A DNA stretch of 64,000 nucleotides, taken from Antedon mediterranea (Eukaryota > Animalia > Echinodermata). Both the position numbers and the translations under genes were made by a program. This document shows, one piece after another, positions 27,343 through 40,379 of this stretch. The DNA lies in assembly GCF_964355755.1 (NCBI RefSeq), contig NC_092677.1, positions 28,135,175 to 28,199,174 on the forward strand, read 5' to 3'. The notes under the pieces were generated by a model. That model was not told where the DNA came from and made no database searches. It saw only the letters and a list, made by a program, of their open reading frames with translations. How positions within the stretch are numbered: position 1 is the first letter of the stretch; the number at the start of each line of letters is the position of its first letter.

Positions 27343-29666
27343 CACACTTAAAACTAAAGGTGCAATAAAAGGTACAAACCTATAAAAGGGTGCTAATTTG
27401 CGCCTTTTTCTCATAAAATGGTGCAGAGTTCATAAAAGGTTTATTTTTGCACCTTTTATATCGAAAAATGCAGACAAGTATAAAAAGGTGCAGAACTGCA
27501 CTGCAAAGGCCCAAGTAGGCCATGGTGACTGTGTGACAAATAAGACCTATTAGATTAATGAACGCTTCTTGATATGTTTAACTTAGGGCTTCTAAAAGCT
27601 TAAAAGGTGATGATAAGGACAATTTTTTAGAATGACATTATTGTGGTAAGTTAAAACAAAAATAAGAAAGATTAATAATAATAGATAGGTTTGTGGGGAC
27701 AGCTATCGGAATTCGAACAAATCTTTTTTTTACGGAACATTAGAAAGTCGCTGGCTTGTAACTGAAAATTAAAGTTTAATACCTTTAACATGATACATTC
27801 AAAGGTTCAACTGGGCACCCTATAAGGTTTAACATCAGTTAAAAGGTGCATAATAGCACCTTTTTGTACAATTTTCGTACCGTATGCGCACGCAAGATGT
27901 CTGTAAACAATTGTTAAAATATTGAATTTCAGAGGTTATTTACTCTGGTTTGCTTAAGTCTAGAATAAGTAAACTTTTCTTTCATATTTAACAATATTAT
28001 TAGAATATCTAATATCATAATGTAGGCATCTGTTCTAAATTTATTTGAAACAGGAATTGAACAATAATTTTAAGCGCGTGCGGTTGTTAAACATGCAGTT
28101 TGAATTGAGGAGTTTGCGCCCAAAAAATCAGGCTATAAAATTAAACTAGGCCTAGCTCCCACACCTCTCCAGTGTAGGATAGCTGTTAAAAGTAAGTAAC
28201 GAAGCTTTATAGGCATGTAGTTTGGTTGTTTTTATTAGATTAATTATTGTATAGGCCTATAAGCCTAGGCTAGGCCTAAAACTTAAAAATGATAGCTAAA
28301 TAAATAAATATGGCTAGCTAGAGGCCTCCTACCTAGTAGCCTATCTAGGCGGCCTCTATTAGGCCTAGGCCTAGGCTAGGTTAAGCCTAAAGTAGGCAGT
28401 CTAGAGGCCTACTTAGCCTACAGTAGCCTTTCGGGCGGGGGCTAGTCCTAGACCAGGCCTAGCCTACTTACCTGGGTCTAGCTAGTAGGTTAGGCATAAT
28501 AGGCTAGCTATGCTAGGTTACTAGGTAGGCTAGGCCTAGACCTTAAACTTAATTAAAAGCAGTCCTAGGCCTAGCTAGCCGGCTATGGCCTATAATTAAT
28601 AATAGGCCTAGCTAGGCAGGCCAAGGGCCTAGTTATTAATATTAGTTATTACAGTAGCTGGGTATTATTAGGCCTAGTAGGCCTATGTTAAATTCTTATA
28701 CACATTATCATTATTTTTAATTATAGTTACAGCCTACATGATGTCATGGAGGGATAAAATAAGTTTAAAACATGAAAGAGCACCTCTGCTCTAATCAGCA
28801 GCAATAAAGATGTTCAGAAAAGGAGAAAGAAATGTGACCACATGTACTGTAATACTCTAGTATATAGGGCCTACTATACTACGAGCTGAGGAAAGGGAGA
28901 GGAACATACTTTAAAGTATGTGAAGCATGTGGTCAAGGTAATTTGACTTTAAAAATCAGAACAATGTCAATAATGTATTGTATGATGTTGTCATATTAAT
29001 GATAATATTAATATAATAGTTTCCCTTCCTATTTCATGCTTTTTAGGAAAGTACATAATCAGGTGAAAATGTTCGGAAAAGGTGAACCAGACATCAAGAA
29101 CACTGTTTCAGATATATGGGGATAACAAGAAAATACTGCCAAAGATGTCATCATTAGATAATTTTAACAATAGGCCTATTGTTGGTTTGAGAAGAGATGG
29201 CCACACTCTATTTAAGGTGCAGAGACTGGTAATTGCCATCCATTAATTCAGCAGTTGAATTGAATAATGTAATGTTTTAAAGTTGAATAAAATTATACAA
29301 AGCTTAATCAATATTTTTTGTATTTTAGTGATTTTTATTTGTGCACCTTTTTAACAGAAATTTGAATCTTAGAGGAGCATTATTGAACCTTTTATTAGGG
29401 TGTAAAGTTGCACCTTTATTTAGAGGTTGAATTTTGCTCCTTTGGGGAGCTGCTATTGTTGCATTTAGTTTGCACCTTTTAGGGTAGAAAATTACACCTT
29501 ATATGGTGCAAATGTGAACTCCAAAGGAGCATTATAGCACCCTTTATCAGGGTTCAAAATTGCACCTTCCGTCAAAGGTGCAGTTGTGCACCTTAAAGGG
29601 AGCTGCTATTGTTGCATCGGTTTGCACCTTTTTAGGTAGAGATTTGCACCTTTTTTTTTTAGTGTG
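27343..29666. mobile_element. Non-autonomous EnSpm/CACTA-like DNA transposon (2.3 kb)
   Basis: Termini CACACTTAAAACTAAAGGTGCAA ... TTGCACCTTTTTTTTTTTAGTGTG flanked by TA/TA; many subterminal AAGGTGCA (left) and TGCACCTT (right) repeats; no transposase ORF. Confidence 0.75.
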
Positions 29667-31259
29667 TACAACTTTTCTGGATGATGAGACCCGACGGTAA
29701 ACAATTCTGATTCTATCGGATCAATTACCAAACGATAACCGTTTCGTGACACCTGATTAAAAATACACAAAAGGGTTTACGTTGAACGTCCGAAATAGTC
29801 TCAGATCGGAAGTAATCTTGTAATGTAAATGAAAAAAAAATTATTGTTTACTCAAAATTCATGCTTGTTTTGACGGTTCAAGAGGTTTATGACGCTGAAA
29901 ATATGAAATTTGAATCCGAAGCGAACAAATAGTTGATTCTCACAAACATGATGTGGTGTACTGTGAGCTGGTGAGCCAAAGTTACAATAAAAGCACTTGA
30001 AAGTTTAACAAAATACACTTGCTACTTAAAGTTTGTTCACTCAAAACCATGTTTTTTATATTGGGTGCTTAATTCATAATTACTGTTTTTGGTATTTGTC
30101 TTGTTAAGTGAACTATTGAACAAGTTTTTATAAGAGGAGACAAGACGGCGTCACACTTAGTTGATTCTTAAGTGTCTGGTACATTGCATTTGACAAAACC
30201 TCACCAAATTTCATTTTTTGAAAAACTTTTTTAATCATTGGCAATTACTGTAGCAATGATTAGGCCTAGTGTATACGAAGCGTAAACTAACTCAACATGA
30301 ATTAGTACAGTATATCATGAGGATAAATTTGTATTAGTTTGTAAAATACAAATTAGTTTTCCAACATGGTTATACTTTCTGCTTTTAGTCTACATTTTCT
30401 GTTGCTTAAGAATGTTAATTTTTTATATCCAATCGACTTCATTATTGACTTAATAAGAAAATTGCCAGAAGGTTGTGAACTTTCAGGCCATGGGATGGAG
30501 AAAGTCAAATGTCAGTGAGAGACGAAACACACTTTGCAGTTAAAACTGAAATTGGCCCAGCTTTGTGATACTGAGATTGGATTCAGGCGGAAAAGACCGG
30601 AAACACAGTAGTTGGACATTGATCGAAATCGCGACAACATTCAATTGGTCGAAAGAAAGCGACAAAAAAATTATATGTGTATGCGGGAGAAAACACACCT
30701 GCCGTGTTATTAACGAACAAGCTCTAGACGTTAAGTTTGCCGTTTGAAAAATAACTCACAGGGAAAAGCCGCTCCCGAATAATAATATTAATTAAACAAA
30801 TATAACACGTAACATTTGATATTATACTGTCATACATTCTCCGATATTTGTTGATACGAACAAGTTTAACAAATTCTGTCCAGTGGGAGACCTTTTTATT
30901 TAGGGGGTATATTGATGTTGTTACCGGGACATACACTGGTTCAAACATTCACCGTGGCTCATTCCCCGATGGAGGTACCATCGGGTCCCAGAGCACGCCA
31001 ATTGGATCCTTTCTATGGAGTAAAAACATCCCATAAATAATAGCTCTTCCGCTGGAAAAGTCTACACACATGGTTCTTATCTAATATCAGCATTTTGGTT
31101 GACCCAAAATTATAAAAGTCACCACAAAAATTATAATTGAACACGCTGTGCTTCGATTTTATGTAGAATAATTAAACATTTTAAACCAATAACATATACA
31201 CATAAAAGTGATTTTAAAATTTATTACCTAAAGTTATCGACGTGTTTGGTGAACTCTAA

Positions 31260-31405
31260 AGCTTGCTTCCCACTAGTGACGCAACACAAGAACGTAACGC
31301 AACGTAAATGATTTGACCAATCACAAGCGATGGATTATTCGAACGGTGGCTTGTCATTGGTCAACTCGCTTGCGTTGCGCGTACGTCCTTTCGTTGCGTC
31401 TCTAC
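31260..31405. mobile_element. MITE family A copy
   Basis: AGCTTGCTTCCCACTAG...GTTGCGTCTCTA; right TIR truncated. Confidence 0.7.
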
Positions 31406-33639
31406 GAGCGCGGAATCCGTGTCTAAAATTGTCATATTCGCCGTTATTTAAACTGTAGCCTCTTAATATCTTGTTCATTTCAACGTATGATGTTAGATCA
31501 GCTATGAATGCTTTATTTAAACCTGATATTTCTAGGTGTTACTACGACACAGGGTCCTTGCAATGACCGTAGTGCGTTAACCCCAAGATGGTCAACATGT
31601 CCAATGAAACAGTCGAAGCCCGAGGCTGGCGTGCTTCTGACCATACTCGGACAATAACCCGCATTCATATCAACTCTGTAAATAAGTGGTTATTTAATAA
31701 TATAAAGCTTGCTTATTTTTTAAGCAGAATTTACTAAATTTTTAGGAAGAAATTACACTACGCTACGGTTACACTTACACAGTTTCTCTCTTTTAAGTTA
31801 AATTAAGATATATTATAGTTTTTATATTAGCAATCTAGAACAATCCACGTAACACAATGTAACACATGCATAATACACGGTAATGAATGCCAGTAGGCTT
31901 ATATTTATAACTTGGCTGTCAGCCATACAACAACATTGTTATGAATTATGAGTCACGTGACGTTATGGCCACCAGATCAATACCCTTTTGTGAAAAAATA
32001 TTAAATAATTTTTTTACGATAATCATAATTTCCGGCACGGTTAATTGTGTTTTGATCATAAAAATATAACTGGATTAATTTTCTTGTGATGATTAAAATC
32101 TGCTAATAAAGGAAATGATATTATATATACTTCTAAAAAATATGACAATCCAATATGTTTTATGATATATTTAGCAGAGGAAGAAGACTAACCCGGGGCG
32201 ACAGATGAGTTCTGTTGTCATTAACAAAACCCCTGGAGCCTTGTGTTGCTGTCCGAGTTCGATAACCGCTTAACTTCCATGTTCTATATTTTAGAATTTA
32301 TTGATAGCACTGCAGTACTAGATACATCAGTTCTTTTAATTTGGTAAAGGTTAATATACTGTAAGCATATGTTTATTTAAATTGTATTTTACTGTGTTGA
32401 TGTATTTATGTGCAAAGTAAAACTGCTATAATTATGCTAATTTAACAAGATCTGTGTCAATTATTAGGATTATTATGGTGTTGGTAATATCGTTTTTCTC
32501 TACTAAGCACGCAGCCTGGAAAAAAGAATGTTTTGGATGTTGTTTTTATTTAGTTCATGGTTTTTACACATAATTGTATCACAGTATAGGTACGGTAGCC
32601 TTTATTCAGCGTTGGTGTTTTTTCTTTGTTTAATATATCATTTTTAATTATCAAAAAAATATATTGATTCATTCATTTATTCTTTAATTCTTAATCATTG
32701 CAAGCTCTTAGAATAGAATGCACAACAATATAATACAACCCACAGAACAGTACTTCTTATTCTGTGAATTCCTCGCTGAGGATCGGATGACGTCACGTAC
32801 AATTTTCTTATAAATGCGTAGCCCAGTTATACCCAGGATTTCCCGTGACGTCATATTCGTCGTTGCTCGTTTCAGATTTGCCTCGGGCACTCGCTGACTA
32901 TCGACAAATCTCCCGGGGGATTTGTCCGATTGAGTTGTGTAATTGTCTTGTTGCAACTAATATTAATATAATAATATAATTTTTTTTTTAGAAGACCCTT
33001 GAGTTTTCATATAAATTAATTAATCAAAATGATCAGATAAGTAAACCATCCAATCGGCAAGTGCATACTTAATTTCCTAAGGTATAATTTTGTGGGGTAG
33101 GCCTACGCTGCCACTGGAATATGCATATTAGTTTATATCCTATACGTTAAAATCTAATAAAGCAATTATTTGATTAGGAATTTCCGATGATGACGACACA
33201 GGTGAAGTGTAATTTGTGTGGTTTCGATCATTGACACTTTGTTATTTTACATTCATTTAAACAAATTTAAAATAGATGCTAGTCCCTTTATTTATCCTTC
33301 CAATCTATTGTTGAGCAAACTAAATATTACCCATCAACACTATTATTCATAAACCTTTCACAATCTTGTTTGTAAACACAAATAAATATCATACTCTGTG
33401 GATCAGTATAAGTTTTAGGGTTCAGTTCATTTACTTGTAAATTTACCGCAGAGTTGTATGTATCATAATTACATAATGCATTTCTATATTAAAGTAAGAC
33501 CTATATTCGGTTATTTGTTTGGAAATCAGGAGGATAATTGGTTTTTAAAAAATGACAGATATTCTGACATGCGTGCATGCTATCTAACAATTAGACTACA
33601 AGGAGGAGTCTGTATTATACTATTGAACAAACGCGTGTT

Positions 33640-33895
33640 TTGATTGGTCCAATGTAACATGTATAATTGTTCGCTTGTATACGTTGTTTGACGGTTGTGA
33701 TTTGCGACAATAGTTGGACACGCTTCAGTATTCTGCTTAAATCTGTATGAACTTATCTTTAGATTCGGCGGTCAGTGACCTTACCGCAGTACATAGTTAC
33801 AGCTAGATCTGTGACCTTTATAAGCTACCGAAGCGAGGTCAGTATGAACATGTGTATATAAATTCGCTTATTGCCAGATTGTATTCAGTGAGCCA
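33640..33895 (+). promoter_or_regulatory. Putative TATA/Inr promoter of the CYP gene with nuclear-receptor elements
   Basis: CCAAT boxes at ~33643-33653; CGGTCAgTGACCT (IR1) at 33769-33781; TGACCT at 33812; AGGTCAgtaTGAACA at 33836-33850; TATATAAA at 33855-62; Inr TCAGT with A at 33887 (about +30 from TATA). Confidence 0.6.
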
Positions 33896-34034
33896 CTGTG
33901 TGCCGCCTCGCTCACGTCATCTATTGGGTCCTCCTTCTTGTCACCAGCTAACGGAAAACTTTTGCTCTTTTATCTGCAACTGGACTAATATCTTCTAGGA
34001 CTCATACAAACTATCTATTGATTCATATAATAAG
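33887..34034 (+). other. Putative non-coding first exon (5' UTR) of the CYP gene
   Basis: ATG-free from the Inr to the donor AAG|GTAGTG (GT at 34035). The CYP ATG lies only 8 nt after a strong acceptor (40070), which suggests an upstream exon. The pairing is inferred. Confidence 0.5.
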
Positions 34035-37000
34035 GTAGTGTATATTACTTTGTATGACTATTGTTTTGATTTACATGCAGATGTTACTATGTATGTGGTG
34101 CATGTACCAGGGGTAGGTCCCTTGTATTCAAACAAACACTCTAGTTCTTATTTCAAGTGCTTACATTTACATAGCACCGTCTTGTTCTATTGTTTTCAGT
34201 CGAATCGATTGACTTGGTTGCACTGGGTTATTTTTGTAGCTGATTATTGTATAAGATGTACAGCTGCAAAAGCTAAAATATTTATCATTTCTTAAAGACA
34301 TTTTGAAAGTTTATCGATCGATTTTGGAGTTTCTGATAAAGAATACACATCAGTTTTGTTCAGTATTAAATCTACGACTTAGCAATTAAAACAAGAGGAG
34401 ACAAAAAATATATTTAAATATTTATAAACATAATTCAATTAATTAATATTTATGAATATTGTTCATATTCAAAAACATTTTAATAATGATCTTGTTTCTT
34501 TGAGTAATCCTTTTTATTTAAATCGGGTAGTTAGTTAAGCCAATTTCACCTTTCTCTGATCAAGTAGTTATAGTTACAAAAGTTAAGTATTTTGATGTTT
34601 CTTTGACATGTTTTGTATTTACGGTAGTTGGCCAATTTTCTTTTCCAAAAGACATGAGCTACAAAAAAGTTAGACTACTATGGTATTTCTTTTTCCACTT
34701 TCTCTAAGAGAAATACTTAGTAAATTTAGAGGCTCAGGCTAATATTATAATTGTGAAGTTTTCCACTTTCTCTAAACATAATATATTTCATAGGCCTAAG
34801 TAGAATTTACCGTAAAGTTTAGATATATGTGATATTTCCATTTTCCCTGTTATAATTTTTAAATAGTATTTTTCCTATATAATATAGCCCCCATGTACTC
34901 AATTTCAACCTGAAATTGTACGCCTCGGGCTAAATATCTTGATGAATTAAATCATCAGCGGGATGCTGTGAACTTAAAACCATCAAATCCATATTCAAGA
35001 CCATTTTCAAAATTGATTAAAATTCACATTATGTAATTCTTTAATGCAAGCACACTATACAGACCAAGAATGCAACAATATCTAGCACGGACATTTCATG
35101 CTTTTTAAAGATTTAAATTAGTTTGTAAGATAAGGTATATAAGGTTAAGTTTTTTGCAGGTTGGTAAACTTACTCCTAGCATGAAACACCTGTTGAGATC
35201 AGCGGGTTTATGAAGTTCTTTACGTAAATGTGAGATTCACTCGATCTTGATTACCTAACAAAACACAGTAAACCAATTATCCCAAGTGAGAAAAATACCT
35301 CGTAAAAATAATGTATAACTCGAAAGCAGGAGTACTTATCAAAACACATTGTTTGAACTTTAACTCCTGATTCTGGTCGATAAAATCGGCTCTCCTATTC
35401 AAATAAATATTGAATATTGTCTATATTGATGTGATCTGTAAATTCAGAGTCCGTTAACACCAAAGATATACAGATTATCTTTACTCTTCACTCCGTACCT
35501 TGCCCACCATCATATTAGCAAAACATGACTTCAATTCAATTGTTAGTTCATCCATTGATAAAGGTTAGTTGAAGAATTTCTCTTTACAAACTGCTTGTAA
35601 GTACTTTATTTATAAACCTGGCCTGGGTTTCCTCTGGCCATATTAAGAATAAAGGATTATTTCTATGGGTTAGCTTGAGGAATTCGTTCAGACTTTCTCT
35701 CTCTTGTATTCACCAAGGTTTGTTTACATAATAGACCCGTGAACTGTAGTATTTTTACTTGTAGTAATATAGCATAGGTTTGAATCGGGGGCATTTAGTA
35801 TCACTGGCACCAGGTATAAAAAGCAACCCATTGTGCTATCTTCTCAAAAGTTCTGAAGTACAGTTTAATAACTGACTGAATTGTATAAAAGATTAAAATT
35901 GTATAACCTTTTTTTCAAGACAAATTTTGAAATTTGGTGCATATCGCGAGTTTCTTTCTTATAAATCAGATTTAAAATGTTTGCTATGTTACTTTTATGA
36001 TCCAGTAATATTTCTCAATAAGCGTTTGTACTACTTTAGGAAGACACTTTTGTAAGTAGAGGGCTCTTCTCAAGAACTTGCTTTATAGCTTGTTAGAAAA
36101 AAACATACATGTGATATAAATAGAAATGTTTTAGTATTGGTAGTTTACGTAAGGTTTAGGGATCATATTGAAAACAGTTGGTAGTTAGTTGGCAAGATCG
36201 ATAAGGTGATCCATTTGTGGGTTAAATATAAATATCTTTAAAACATGAGAAAACGTCTGGTTTTAATATGTTTGGTTGAACTGGTCCCAGACTTGAGTCA
36301 CAACTTTTTGAATCAAACGACAGTTGTTATTCTTGTTTATAAATAGATAATCTAGTCTTACTCATGCATTCTGCTTTCCTTAAGTTTGTGAGTTGTTTCT
36401 AGTATTCCCATAGACATGATTTAAAGAGGAAAAAAACAGTATAACATTTGTTACTTTTTTATTTTAAATTCCTCGTGCATTTAAGCTTTCGAAAACAATA
36501 GTTTAACGGCTCGTTCTCGATACTAAATTACTTTACGATCATTTTATCTTGCTTAGAGGCAACTATTAATTAAATGAATGAAAAGACTGATATCATTATT
36601 TGATATTACCATACAAAATATTCATCTACTTTGGATCAAGCTGTTGCATTTCTAACATTGGTTTACAGGTCACTCGAAATATCAGTTTTTCTTATTTGAC
36701 GAAAAAATCTAAAACTTTTTCTCAACAAACCCACTTGCATACCAGAAATCAGTGTGTGCAGCTCATGGGGCCACCACCGATTTAGTGCATACGTTCTAAC
36801 ACTTATCACACACAGGGCCTGAGATGAAAGAAAGAGGGTTATAAACTTAGTTTAGTACGAGAACCTGCTTGCTCACGGCACTCATTACACACACATGGTA
36901 CATTTTTAGAATATAGTGGAACCGAGACCGTTTGACCCCGCTTCCGGCACTAATATAATAATTTAATTACATTATATGACAACTGGTTCGCTTTGTAGTT

Positions 37001-38389
37001 TGTACAAGTTGAAGCATTGCGGTGCTTGAAGGTAATTAGTGGTCACAACCATTATTAATTACAAAATACAAGAAATGGCAGCTTAATAAGAAACTCAAGC
37101 ATCTAAAACAAACATAAAATAAACGATTAAAAATGAAATATATAGTAGGTCCCTACCCTACTACATGTTTGCTAAAAAAAGTCTTTTATTGCTGGAAAAA
37201 AAAGAAAAATCCAAACATATTCTATATTGATGAGCATATTATTTGTACTTAAATTGGCATAAGTATTTGGCCTGGGTGGTTTAATCTCTGCTAAAACCAA
37301 CATTCATCAGCCCTAAAAATGTATACATTTCGTTTCCGCTGTAAAGTGTTTTTCTACCGTTCCTTGTAAAATGTATAAAGAAATATTGTCGCGAGTAAAT
37401 GCTGCAAAATAAGTAATTTGTTTACGCCTAAATTATCTCATTTGTGAAAGGCATTCATTCGCAAGTGTTAATCGTCTTTATTGAGGGTATCACAGCAGAA
37501 GAGAACACGTGCCTTAAAAAAAAAAAAAAACTTGTTGAAAGAAGTATTTTACCAAAATATTGGTTTAGATTCTGACGCACTTTTAATGAACCATGTATAG
37601 TTTTAGGACAAATATTGCCTCCTTCTATATCTCTATTTCTACAAAACCAAGTATACGGTTTACAATACTGCAATTTTAAAATCGTCTACATAAATTGTCT
37701 CTCCTTTTATAGATTTAGGCCTAGTTGTGATCTATTCAATAGTAGGTGGTGGTTTGAAGGAGTTTGCGCGGTGTTTTAGGGGTTTAGCAAATACCCCTTT
37801 AGCTGCCACCAATAAATGTCACTAATTCTGCCCACAACGACAGGGGCTGAGGTGTTTCATTTATCGCCGGATTTGTACATGATCAAAGCAAAACTACGGC
37901 AACTATAAATAAGAGAAATAAGTAAAACTAGTCCTAAAAATAAAATAATAATTGGGGGAAGATGAACTAGACCGCAACCAACCAAAAGTTTTCAATAAGG
38001 CCCCTGTGAGCGCCTAGTTGACGCCATTATTGTCACTCTATTATCATGGTAGAATAGTACTGAATAGAGGATGACAAAAGAATACAACAACCAATATATA
38101 GAACAGGAAAATAGGCTATTCTATTGTGATTCTATTGTGATTCCACATCGTTGATTATTTTAGTCAGAACTTGGAAACTTGAGAAACTTTGAGATAGTGA
38201 TAATAGTGTTTGGTTGGTGAACTCAAATTAAGTTCGAAACTTTTGCAATACTTCAATAGAGTTACGTACAATAAAATTTAATTTAATATATTATTCTATG
38301 ATATTAAAAGTTATAAATAGTTGCAATCTTTAGTGTCTGTTACAAATTGATATCATCATAGTAATTATGGCGATTATACTAAATCTCAT

Positions 38390-38590
38390 GCTGACGTCAC
38401 ACAGTCCGAAGTTGCAATGTTACTTAATGTTAAGTTCAGAAACATGAACATCAAAGTTTATTCCAATGGGACAATGACGTCACACGGAATAATTAATTAG
38501 GTGATGTTACTAAATGTAGTTGAATGTGTTATAGAAATAAAAAAAACAAGAACATTAAGTGTGTAGTCAATGTGACAATGACGTCACTAA
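38390..38590. promoter_or_regulatory. Triple CRE cluster
   Basis: TGACGTCA at 38392, 38475 and 38579. Confidence 0.35.
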
Positions 38591-40078
38591 TTTACTGGTT
38601 GATTGATATCGTAATCCTTTGTTGACATTGCTACTATGCCACGATGATTTGAACAACTTAATATTATTCGATTAGTCTTGACTTATCCAATCGGTAATTT
38701 CAATGTATTATTAATATTATGTTATTGATACCCAAGTTCATTTCCTAAAGCGGTTACTAACGGTAAACGTACGCAAATGTGGACGATGATACATTAGCGC
38801 GTCGACAAGTAAACGCGTGTACTTGTGAGGGTGGATGGCAACGACCGCGTGATCAAACAAGGTCCACTGCGCCATGATTGATTCTAGCTAGAAGCAGCTT
38901 TGTATTTAGGATCAACCATGCGTTTTAACCAATGTAGTTCATTGACTTCAAATGAATACGAAGGACTAATTTGAACAAAAATTAAAATGTCAACATGCCG
39001 AGGGGCAGGTGAAGACGCCAGAAAATATCTTTCTTTCTGATAATAAAGCAAAGAATAGAAAGCGTTTGGTTGACATCTTCGGATTGCTCTCTCTCTCTCT
39101 CACACAGTGAATATTTCCTGTCGTCGCAACAGTATCAAGCGTTTAACCACACAGATACCATCTTTACAGCGTCGTTAATGAAAGCAATGGGAATCCCTTT
39201 GGCCAGAGGGTACAATGCTATTAAACTGATATGATGCACTATTTGTGCGGCGGCGGATTACGAAGACTGACAGTACTCAGCGTCGATGTGTAGCCTAGTT
39301 ACTGTGAGCAGGAAGTATCGATGATTTCACCCTAGCAGCAGGTGTGAAAGGCTAAGCATTGAACCTAGTGCGGTATCTTAAATACAAATTTACACATACG
39401 ATGTGCCATTTTTGATAAAGAATATTTGTTTATAAATTATAGTATTCAATAATTGAACAATACAAAAACCTTTTTAAAGTTTTTCGAAAAATATATATCG
39501 GTTTAATTTTCATCAAGTTGATTCCATGTTCGTTAAAAGGTGTTCAGTTATTCTTAATCTACAACATGAAAGTTTAAGTTAGCAAAGTTTATTTCAAGAC
39601 CGTAAATTATATTTTTGAGGTGTAGTGTGTGAGGAAAACTTAATAATAGGTGTCGGTAGATTATTATGGAACTAAACAGTTCGTCGACATTATTCGTACC
39701 CCCGCCTGTTCTTTTTCAAAGATATTTCGAGCATCCGTAAACATCGTCACGATATATATAAGACAAAAAAAATATTATATATTTGATTATAGGTCTTCTA
39801 TAATCAAATCTATATATCTATTCATACACGTCTCTCTTTAATGACATTTTCAAGATGAGGAAATCTTATTGCTGGAAAGTTTTACATGCTTTCATCGCTG
39901 GTGGCGCTAGATATTTATGACTCGTGTCGTGTTTAGTACACTACTTACTAATATATATACTGTAATAAGTTTGTATACTTTAGAGGCTTATGTTTTGTTC
40001 ATTTTTTTAAATTAAGCTTTTAAATTAAGCTTTTAAATAACGAATTTATTTCTCGTTTTTCTTTTTTTAGAAACAAAC

Positions 40079-40379
40079 ATGTTGAATCCCGGTCATATGC
40101 GGCTAGCCGCATGTCGTGTCATTATTGCTCCGCGTCCGCCGCCGCCGAATGCCGTATGTCATGCATGCCAACAACATCGTAGCAAAAGCATGCCAGCCAT
40201 AGAAACACTCCAAGAACCGGCGGAATACGAGAACACACTAACACATATGAAAGAAAGTGTATGTAGCCTAACAGCAAAGTCTGAAACGGAACAAACTACG
40301 ACAAAAGCAAAGAGTTATGAAGAGATTCCGGGACCAAAGGGATGGCCAATTATCGGCTCTTTATTAGACTATACATATG
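40079..40379 (+). CDS. CYP coding exon 1 (presequence, IPGP hinge)
   Basis: ATG at 40079, preceded by a polypyrimidine tract and AG at 40069-70; donor GT at 40380, phase 1. Confidence 0.88.

Noticed and set aside
154-39841. Numerous 60-110 aa ORFs in the upstream region
   Set aside because: No recognisable domains, many non-ATG starts, lengths compatible with chance
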